Assembly: GCA_013265495.1 (NCBI GenBank)
Contig: MU063398.1
Span: 1,116,001 to 1,180,000, forward strand
Length of the DNA stretch: 64,000 nucleotides
Direction of reading: 5' to 3'
Source of the DNA: Vicugna vicugna
Lineage: Eukaryota
Below are positions 38,831-48,990 of the stretch, in pieces (within the stretch, counting starts at the first letter, position 1; each line of letters opens with the position of its first letter). The notes below the pieces were generated by a model that saw only the letters and a program-made list of their open reading frames with translations, did no database searches and was not told the origin of the DNA. Both the position numbers and the translations under genes were made by a program.

Positions 38831-41800
38831 TGGCTGAGGCCATCTAAGGAGGTTTTGAAAATCCCAATTGAGGAAGAAAGCTTGTGAACATCTCCCGACG
38901 CACTCACCCAGATGTGCAGTGCAGAAGTGGAGGACCGTCTCCCTGCGCGGTGAGGGTGGTCTGCCGGGCGGCCCAGGGATGACGCCTCCTGGAGGAACCT
39001 GGGGTCCGGCAGTCCTTACCCAGCAGCTGCCGCTGTCAGCGCCTGCCCTCCTCACCCCAGCTCTGGAACAGTCCGTCTCCCGTCCTAGGGGTACAAGCAC
39101 CAGGGAAGCAAACAGATATCACCACAAAACTGGTGCAAAGTGAGAGTTTCCGGGGCTGAGTAACCCCGCCAGCGCCCTCCCTCATCCTCCGTGAGCTGCA
39201 GCCGTGTGCTCTCTGCAGCTGATTCCAGGGGAGCCTCTGGGCACCTGCACTTGGCGAATATTCAGCGTGTCACGGAATTGGCTGTGTGATGGATTTTCTT
39301 TCTTGGCATAAGTAGATTTCTACCTAAATGTCTCATCGGTGTCTGCAGGGCTGAGTCATTACAAAAGTGGGAGGCCAATCAATTTTTTAGGCCTGACATC
39401 ACCTGTTTAACTTGCTGAGGGCAAGACCCCTGTTTCTTTGACGAGGAGAGTGTCGGAGAGCAGAACACATCCTTCACCATATGGAGGTGCTCCAGGCCCG
39501 TCCCCCAACACCCGCCCACACTGCCCGCTTGTCCTCTGGCACCTCCTTCCCCCGTACACCTGTCTGTGTCCACAGGTCACTGCTTGGCACGAGTCCACAG
39601 CTGTGCCCTCCGTCCTGGAGAAGCAGGGCGGTCCTCACCTGACGGGGGCTTCTCTCAGCTTTTAGCCAGGGTGATTTGGTATGAGAAAGGGACTATCCAG
39701 GGAGAAAAACATTTTTCGATGCTCATAAAATTTAATGTTTTTCATTGACTGTCTTTCTTTTGAAACTCGAGCATAATTTATTGAGCCGTGCTTGAAATAT
39801 TCAGGAGGCCTCTATGTATCCCTTCCGAAGGAACATGATTAAAAATGCACTGGCCTCCCCTGATTTCCTGGAAGACATTAGAATATGACAAAGAGCCATG
39901 TAATTTCAGAATTTACATCTTTATATGAAATTCGGCGCTTTCCAGCACCCTGCACTTTAAATGTAAGAGCAACACTTGAGGGTGAAATATTTTCTGGAGA
40001 AACAGATGCATGCTGGGGCTCAGAAGCTGCTGGGCCTGGGTTTGAACTGGTTTTCCCGCCCCGCAAGCCTCACATGTGTACCATCTTCTGGCCCCCAGAC
40101 TGGGCGCCTGTCCGCCCAGCACCCAGGACCTCAGTGTGTTCCAGCTGCATCACTGGCTGTGCTGTTTGGGGACTGTCAGTGTCTGAATCCGCTAGGGACA
40201 GGGAGCTCCCTGAGGGTCACCACTGATGCCCAGCACCCAGGACAGTGCCTGGCACCTCGGCGAGTGACTGTGTAGGTGAGTGAAGAAGTCCTTCCAGGAG
40301 TGGCTGCAGGCAGGATGGGCTTTGTCAATGAATGGCCCAGAGCCAAGAGATGGTACCACGTGGTGGTTGTGAGCGTGGGCCCCGGGTTCACATCCCACGT
40401 CCTCTGCCTGTTCATCTTGATGAGGACAAAACCTCTGGGCACCTTTACTTCCTCGTCTGCCGGGCAGGGTCCCTGCTAGAATGGGACCCTGCTCTCTTGT
40501 TTGCTACTCTATCTGTGACACTTAATGTTTTAAAAATTTTATATCTGAAGTACTTATTAACACAGGGCTCAGTGGATGCTCAATAGAAATTTGTTGCATG
40601 AATGAATCTGAGAATTTTTGGATACTGAAGATGGGTTTCAAAAGGAGAGAAAATCCCGTGGCTGGACCTCAAAAGGCTGCCTGTGGATGGGCTAACAGAG
40701 GGACAGTGCTTGGAACTGGGTCCAGCACAGAGCGTGTGCTCAGGAAATGTTTACTCTTGATGATGAGGGCCTCTCTGCCTCCCCTCCCCAGAAGGCTGGA
40801 GGAGGCTTTCTGTGCTGGGGAGGCAGAGGAGGCCAGGATGAGGCCAGCTCAGAGCTGCCTTCCCAGGCCAGGGTCCTGGGGGATCGATAGTTGTCCTCCG
40901 TGAGCAAGCCTGTGGCAGCAGTGCTTCTGAAAGGAGAGGCCAGCAGAGCCTTTTAAAGTAATTGTTGACCCATTTTGACAAGCCCAGCCACGCACAGTGT
41001 TTTGTGTTTGTAATGGGTTATAATCACAACCACTGTGCGGTGCCAGGTAAATGACATTATCTCCGTTAATAGAGAGGGGCCTTCACCTCTTCTCTTGCCC
41101 CTCGCCCTTCACTGATTCAGCAGAAATAAACCCTGGAGGTATCCGGTTTCCTCGGTGGCTTTGGCTGCCATCACAAGGGAGACGTGTGGAGTCAAGTAAG
41201 AGCCTTGCTCCAGAGCGGGCCTTGGAACTGCCTGGGAGGCAGCACTGTCTGCTGGGGTGTGTGAAGGCTGGCCACGTACTGCCATACTTCCTCCTAGGGG
41301 AGCTCCGGGTAACCAAAGGGTGTGGGTCTGGACATCAGAAAGTGCTGTCATCTCTATGTGACCGTGGGAGAGTGTTCTAACCTCTTCAGATCTCAATTTC
41401 CTCCCCTATAAAAGGGGAGCAGAATGTCTGAGGCCGCCGTGTGTTGTTGTGCAGGTTGTGCACTGCTCGAGGGTACGTGGCTCTTGGGACTGGTGGAAGC
41501 TGCCCCCAGCCCATGCTCTACTCACTGAGCCCCTCTGGGGCTGTCACCACTCGGAGCCACACCTTTTTCTTACCGAAAGAGCCTTTGTCTGTGACCCAGA
41601 AAGTGCTTGACATGTAGTCAGTGCTCAGAAACCAGTATCTGCTTTTACCACTATCGAGGAATCATTTATGGAGAAGATGGATAAATGTGTCAAAGGATCT
41701 GGGGGGTGAGGGACACTGAGATTAGAGGTCGTCTTTGAAGGGTAGATAGGATTTTAGGAGGTATGCCTGGAGGGAGTGGAGGTGCAGCATGGAATCTCAT

Positions 41801-41934
41801 TTGATCAGCGTCACTTCTTCCCTTGAAATATTTCTTCCTCTCCACTTCCCTATCTCTTCCCTCCCTTTCCCACCTCTTCCCTCCCCTTCCCACCTTTCCC
41901 CTCCTCCCATTGCTTGTATGCCATGCCAGGGAAA

Positions 41935-42165
41935 TTAGTGGAGAGCCACTGACAGATATTTTTAAACTTTGGATTATGGAGAAATTTTAATGTAGGCGAA
42001 ATAGTGTGACGTACCCCCCTATGCCCATCACACGGTCTCACCCGGCTCCATCTCCCAAAGCCAGTCCCACTCCATGCCTGACCCTCCATCACCTCCACCT
42101 CCGTGTTATTTTTAAGCAAATAATTGCAGACCTCTTTTCATTTTATTTGCCAACATCAGTGAAAG
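41935..42165 (-). mobile_element. L1MC-type 3' fragment inserted in an L2 (L2 at ~41570-41790 and ~42170-42380)
   Basis: acgtacccccctatgcccatcac...attttaagcaaataattgcagac; flanks read as a continuous antisense L2. Confidence 0.55.
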
Positions 42166-42385
42166 GTTTTAGGCAGAGAAGGTTTGGTCTGGGTTTTAGG
42201 GAGGCTGTTTGAGCATCACTTGGGGGTGGGGTGGGGGACGTGAGGGCAGCAGGGAGACTGTCGTGCTGTCAAGGTGGGAGATGGGGGTGCCTCTCAACCA
42301 AGGCTTAGATGACAGAGGTGGAAGAGAGGGGACAGATCTGAAGGTGGCTAAGGCTGTAGGTGGTGCAGGACCAGTGACACCAGAC

Positions 42386-42470
42386 GTTTTCCTTGGTGCC
42401 TATTTCATGGCAGTGTCCAACAGTGATGTTTTCCTTGGTGCCTATTTCATGGCAGTGTCCAACAGTGATG
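42386..42470. repeat. Perfect 42-bp tandem duplication
   Basis: gttttccttggtgcctatttcatggcagtgtccaacagtgat starts at 42386 and 42428. Confidence 0.97.
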
Positions 42471-43462
42471 GAGCACTCAGTGCTTGCCGAGCTCCGAGCC
42501 AAGCACTTCTTGTTATGTGTGTTACCTTGTTTCAATCTCACCGGAGCCTTGTGGAATGTGCACTGTTAACCTCACTTTATGAAAGAGAAACTGAGGCCCA
42601 GGCTGGTGAAAGCAGCCTGTCCATCATGGCTAGGAGAGGGGGAAGGGGGCTTTAGTCCCAGGAGGCCAGGCTCTGGGGTTCACACCTCTAACACCATGCT
42701 GGGCAGCCCCTCTGGTAATGTTCCACAAGGACGGGTGACAATCAGTGGAACCGGTTTAAAACCTCTGCAGCTGCGTGCTGCCTCTTGTATTATTCTCCTG
42801 GCGTGAACACATCTTTCGGCAGAGGGCTGGGGCGCAGGCTTTTGCTTTTGCTTTTCTCCTGTCATTGCTTGTTTGCCTCAAACAACCACCAGGAAGGTGT
42901 CGGCTGCTGTTTTATTATCGCTGTTTCTGTATGTTTTGCCTTTGCTCTTTAAGGACCGTTAGTGGAAGGCAGGGGAGAAAAGGTGTTATCTGGGCGGGCA
43001 GCAGCCGCTGCTGTGCACAGCCTTTCTCCACGCGCGTCTTGTGCATTTTTCTGAAAGGCCGGGCGTCAGAAGAAACGAGGGCTAGCGTCAGGGACTGGGA
43101 CCAGCAGCTCAGCGGCGGGGCTGTAACAGTTACGTAACATCTGTTTCTCAGAGGCACCCTGTTCCTAACTGAGCTGTGGTTGGTGCTGGGTGTTTCCATC
43201 CCCTCTATTAAACCGTAATCCCAGCCAAATGTTTTTAAGCGTTTCTTCTCTCAAGCTCAGCATTCTGAGCACAGAGGGGCTTGCTACAGCGGAGATTAAG
43301 GGGGTCTCTCTCTTAAATGTGAGCTTAACAAGCCTCTACTTATCTCGATGGCTCTGCAGATGGCGCCCACACAGCTGTCTTGGGGGCACTTCAGGATGGA
43401 GCCGCCTCCTGGGCTTCTGATGAGCCTGACACTGGGCAGCCTGGCAGTGTGGTGTCAGAGAG

Positions 43463-43553
43463 NNNNNNNNNNNNNNNNNNNNNNNNNNNNNNNNNNNNNN
43501 NNNNNNNNNNNNNNNNNNNNNNNNNNNNNNNNNNNNNNNNNNNNNNNNNNNNN
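43463..43553. other. Assembly gap (91 N)
   Basis: Run of N. Confidence 1.
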
Positions 43554-43909
43554 AAAGCACTCCTCCCCAGGCCGTCATCGTGTATGCTCGTATGTAAAGC
43601 ATCTAGACCACTGCCTGGCCCTAGGAGGCGCTCACATACGATGCTTTAACGATCTCACTGTGGCAGGCACTGGATGCTACCCAAACTGCACTATTTCTTC
43701 ATGCCCCATGGCAAGCCTGGACAATACGGAACAATATTCTCATTTTACAAAGAAGATACAAAGAATCAGAGGTGTGAAATTATTTACTCGAGGTCACACA
43801 GCAGCAAATAGGCAGGACCTGGGTTTGGCTACCACAACCCCCATTTCTCTAACCTGATCTTAAGAGGCCCCGCTTAGAGGGCCCCTTGATTCCAAACACC
43901 CCCTGGTAG

Positions 43910-44692
43910 TCCCTGACAGCCTCTTGGAGTGTCCTCAGGTTGGAATTTTCATTCAGACACTGGTTGCCACAAATGCCTTCACGTGAAGCGAAGGCCACTT
44001 TGAAGAAGGCTCGTCTGGCTGCTGGCGAGCTCCCGGAACCTCTGGGTGCCCCCTGTGGACCCTGAGTCCCACAGTGGGGCCTGCCTTCGCAGAGGTTCTT
44101 GTTCACTCTGGGTGCTCCTTCCCTTATTGCCAGGCTCCCCCAAGGAGGTGGTTGCAAACTGGTTGGTGACAAACCAGGCTGGGCCTCGGGAGGCCCAGAG
44201 GTGGTGCCCTTTCCCCGGGTGTGTGCGCGTGTGTGCGAGTGGTGGTGATGCCTTTACTTGGGTGATGCCCTTAGTGCTTGATCCCAGGTTCATCACCTCA
44301 ATCCCTGACAGCCTCCTGGAGTGTCCTCATGTTGGAATTTTCATTCAGACGCTGGTTGCCACACATGCCTTCACGTGAAGCGAAGACTACTTTGAAGAAG
44401 GCTCATCTTGGCTGCTGGCGAGCTCCCGGAATCTCTGGGCACCTCCTGTGGACCCTGAGTCCCACCGTAGGGGCTGCCTTCGCAAAGGTTCTTGTTTACT
44501 CTGGGTGCTCCTTCCCTTATTGCCAGGTTCCCCCAAGGAGGTGGTTGCAAACTGGTTGGTGACAAGCCAGACTGGGCCTCAGGAGGCCCAGAGGTGGTGC
44601 CCTTTCCACGGGTGTGTGCGCGTGTGTGCAAGTGATGGTGATGCCCTTACTTGGGTGATGCCCTTAGTGCTTGATCCCAGGTTCATCACCTC
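43910..44692. repeat. Two-copy tandem duplication, unit ~392 bp, ~94% identical
   Basis: Copy 1 43910-44299, copy 2 44302-44692; about 25 differences by manual alignment (one 1-bp indel, mostly transitions). Confidence 0.97.
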
Positions 44693-46221
44693 CTCCAGGT
44701 CCTCTGGTATCTTGAGATCCCAGCTTAGCATCTCGGTAATGGTGTATACAGAGAAGGAGGGTAGAGAGTCCAAAACATGGACTCGGAAATTGGAATACCA
44801 GTCCTGCTGCTTGCTTCCCGTGTGGCCTTGGGCAAGGTGCTTCCCTTCTCTGTGGCTCCATTTCCTCATTAATAAAATTAGGAACAGTAAGAGCACTTCC
44901 CTCCTAGGGAGCCACAGGATTCCAGTGAGGAACTTGATAGGGGGAAGGCAGGGCATCCCTAGGGCAGAATGAGTGCTCTGAGCTTAGGCCCCCTCCTCAC
45001 TCTGAGTACAAAGCACCTCCTCATTTTTCTTTTCCTTTGAGAATCTCATGGGTCCCGGTAGAGGAGCAGATTGGACTTAAAAGCAGGAGACCTGGTCTGT
45101 TGGCCTGGCTCTGTTAGGGTATATGCTTTGTGGCCTTGGACAGGTCACGTAGCCTCTCTGAGCCTAGGCTTCCTCCACCCCTAAACGGGTGCAGTATGTG
45201 CCTTCCTGGGTTATGTATCCATCAGCAGAAGGGTCATGTGATGGAAAGGACCCGGGACTCTGTGACCTGGGATGTTTTGCTGCTGTGTCCCTGAGTCTCA
45301 CCTTCCTGCTCTGGAAAATGGGCATAATCAGATAGCTGTGAGAAGGGCTCAGCATGTCTCAAAGAGGGTGATGGCAACTGTAATTTTTGGGAGACTTCCG
45401 TGCCCTGTGTCCTGGGCTAGGTCTGGACGTGCATTATGTCAGTGATCGTTCCTAATTTGCTTAGTCTTCAAGCCCAAGTTGACACTCGACAAGAAAACAG
45501 GGTCTAAAAGAACAACAGATGCTGATAACATCGGTTCTTATTTTTCTTTGCAACTCTCTTTACAAATTTTATCCAAAATGGTCATATTTTGGCTTTTTTC
45601 ATTGTCATTATTAGTCACTGTCTCTAATAATTATTAATGCAAGACATTGTTTCACAAGACATTGTTTCAAGTATAGCATATGTGTTGTAGATGGGTGCTT
45701 CTCAAACCATCTGCACCGAAGAACCAGTTGTTTTTGTTTTTTTTTAATTTCCAATTCATTGCAGACTGGTACTTTTATAAAATACAAAAAAAAAACCTTC
45801 TAGAAAAACTAGAATTCCGGATTTCATACCAGTGTGAAATTGCTTCACCCGTTTCTAAATGCCTACTGTGAACGTCTGTGCTTGCCGCAGACGGAGCAGG
45901 CAGTTAATCCCAGCCCCAGCTCCCGGGCGCCCTCTGCAGCACCGTCACAGACTAACTTCTCCGCCATTGCGGCACTAACAGCGCTGCGCGTGGCGGTTGT
46001 TGCCATCCCGTGTTGGCTGGCAGGCTCGATGTGGTTTTCCTCTGGCTGTGGCTTTGTTCACCTCAGTGAAAATCCAGAAGTTGAGAGCTTGACCAGTGGA
46101 GAGGCTTCCATGACATCCCAATTTTACAAATAATGAACTGAAAAACTAGGTTTCTAAAATTCAGGGATGGCCTGACTGCAGTTCACACCTAAATGTGTGA
46201 AATCCTCCCCCTTTGTCTTTG

Positions 46222-46395
46222 CCAGTGGTTCCCAAATCTGATTGATCATCCCCGTCACTGGGGCCTTTAAAAAGTACTGCTTTGGACTCCTCTACGTTGA
46301 ATCAGCGTTTTGGGGAGTGAAGCCCGGAAATATGCATTTCTCAGGTGCCCTCCGAGTAACCAATGATTAGCTTGCTTCCGGAGCCTCTGGTCCAC
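46222..46395. mobile_element. MER5A/B MITE
   Basis: ccagtggttcccaaatctg...cctctacgttgaatcagcgttttggggagtgaagcccggaaatatgcatttct; a further fragment at ~21505-21570. Confidence 0.7.
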
Positions 46396-47856
46396 CCTGT
46401 GCTGCTTTCCTCCAGTCCATGGGGCTGACTCATCTGATCCCCGAAGGGCTCAGCTTCCTACTGTGCCCCAAGGTGGAGCGCAGGGAACACTGACGGTGGC
46501 TCTGACTCCGATGCCTTAGGCTCATAGCCTGGCCCCTCTAAGCCTCAAGGCCCCATCCACAGGAAGCCCTGCTCACCCTACAGGAGGGTGACGAGGGTCA
46601 CGTGAGCTGATGGATGCAGTGCCCAGAAGAGGCCTGGTCTGTAGTTAGTGTTCCAAAGTGTGTTAAGGCAGGTGAGCACCAGTGAGGGCTTTGTCTTCAC
46701 CTGGGCAGGTGCAGTGTCATCACCACAGAGGGAGGTTCCAGGTCCCTCCCCACAGCCACTCTCAATGGCACCCACAAACAGCATATGAGTTTTTTAAAAA
46801 TTAGGTAGATTCTCAGGCATCAAGTGAACCTTCTTGGAGTTTGGGTATGTGACCAAAAGAACCTCGGTTGCTATTAAAATTTGGGGATATCTTGATCTAA
46901 TTAGTCAGGAAGTGTCTAATTAGGTAGCCAAAGGAGGGTTAAACCATGATTTACTTGAATGTGATTAGATAGAACATTCTGATATGAAAGGAAATGCCAG
47001 AGGCATGTTGTTTTTTTTAAACTTATAATCTTTTCATGATTTGGCAGGTAATTATGATAATTCCTGGGATTTTCACTGACTTAAAAGCTTTTTCACAGAC
47101 ACATTATTTTTGGAGATCATCTTCACTGATGCTCCAGCTGGAAGGGATTGCTCAGTCTCCTGAAGCTCCAAAGGCATCATCTTACAAAACCCAACTAAAG
47201 TATCACTTTCTTGATGACGTCTCCCCCCATCCCTTACACCAGGGATACTAAATAGGAGTCATCCTGGAGGCCAGCATGCTGATCGATTGATCACGGCTGC
47301 CTGGGCGTCTTCTGGAGGAAGGAAGCAGTGATTGACTAGTGATGTCTGCCAAGCTGCAGGCAGTAAGAGAATCATGGAACCTGATAGGTTTCACCAGTCC
47401 CTTGTGGTTGGGTATGTAGGTGGGTTCCAGACACCTGAAGCTGAACTCCTGCTTGAGTGTGTGTGCAAGTGGAGGCGCAGGCTAACTCCCCAGCAGGGGT
47501 TTGCTAAGCCACAGGGGATGTTGGCAGATGTTGGCAAATAGCCTTGTGACTTAAACGTCTTAAATCTTTCTGCCATCTTCTCTCCAGCCTAACGGAGGAA
47601 ACCCAAATGATAAGCATTTATGCCTTATTAGCTCATGAGTTGTGCACCTTCCGGACACAACTTAGGAACTACATCTGCCACCATCCAGGTGCTCTCCTTG
47701 GGCCTTTGAGAGAATCAGGGCTCGGTTCCCCATCCCTTGGCCCATGTTGGGCTCTGTTTGAAGCTGCATCCCCTGTGGTCAGTGTACCTCCTGACTTGTC
47801 ACTGTCATTAGTGTTGTCAAATGGCACCTCCTCCTTAACTGCCTTCAGTTTTCAAA

Positions 47857-47969
47857 GGGGGAGGGTAGAGTGCTTGCTTAGCATGCATGAGGTCCTGAGC
47901 TCAACCCCCAGTACCTAAACAGATAAATAAATAAGCAAATAAGCGTAATCCTTCCACCCCCCCAAAAAA
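47857..47969 (+). mobile_element. vic-1-type SINE lacking its A box
   Basis: gggggagggtagagtgcttgcttagcatgcatgaggtcctgagctcaacccccagtacc...taaataaata...cccccccaaaaaa. Confidence 0.8.
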
Positions 47970-48739
47970 GATTAATTTTATACAGCAGACTTTTAAAGTT
48001 GCCCCGAGCGTTGATGGTGCTGGAACACACTGAGTGCCTGGCTGTGACTTAGGGCATGGTCATAGGAGACTGCTTGGTATTTGTCAAGGCCAACAAGAGA
48101 AGTGAATCCCTGAGTGTTATCTCTGGGGGAGGCCTTTCCTGCCACCCTGCCTTCTAAGTCCTCCTCTCTCCCTGAGCTCTGACCTCTAGGATGTGAACCC
48201 CATGACTTTCCTGCCCCCAGCACTGGAAATAGTGCCTGGCAGGTGATGTTCCTGCTTTGGGGGCCAGTGAGTCTCTCTCCACAGCTGTCTGAGCTACTTG
48301 TTAGGGCACACGTGGCCCTTTTCCATCTGGCTTCTGGAGACTGCCTATCCTCCTTTTTCATGTCCCTTTCATGTGATCATGCATCATGTAAAACCAGCTC
48401 CTGTTCATTGAGCATTTGCTATGCCCAGACACAGTGCCGAGCTTGCTAAGTGCAGCATTTCGTTTCATCTACACAGTGACCCCATGAAGTGAACATGGTT
48501 TTTAATCCCCATCTTGCATGTGACAGGCTTCAGGCTCATGGAGGTTTAGTGACTTGCACAAGACCAGCACAATTAAGTGATCAAGCCAAGGGCTGTCTTG
48601 CCCCGGAGTCTGAGCCCTTAGCCGTCTCTCTCAGCTGTCTCCCTGCCAACCTTCGGGCCTTTGCGCTTGCCATTTCCTCTGCTGGACGTGCCTTTCTCCT
48701 CTTTGTCCATAGGGTGACCTCCTAGGGCTCAGTATATTT

Positions 48740-48990
48740 ATGGAACATAGAGGACCCTTGGGGCTGAGTGACATTAGGCGAGATGACAAGAGGAAGAGGG
48801 CAGGAAACAGTGTGCCGGAGAGAGGCCGGCGCCAGATCTTGAAGGCAGTTGGATTTTTATCCTTAGGGTGGTGGGAAGCATTGAAGGTTTTAAACAGCAG
48901 GTGACAATGTCAGATGTTGCTTTGGGAAGATCCCCCTTACTGCTTCATGCAGGGTAGACTGGAGAGCACCTGTCTATCCCATACCTGCGG
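48740..48990 (-). mobile_element. L2 LINE fragment
   Basis: ggatttttatccttagggtggtgggaagcattgaaggttttaaacagcaggtgacaatgtcagatgttgctttgggaagatc. Confidence 0.7.

Noticed and set aside
43336-43857. ORFs spanning the N run
   Set aside because: Artefacts of translating through an assembly gap.
44046-44972. Pairs of paralogous-looking ORFs (e.g. 44046-44378 and 44448-44972)
   Set aside because: They mirror the 392-bp DNA duplication; a 1-bp indel and new stops between copies show no coding constraint.
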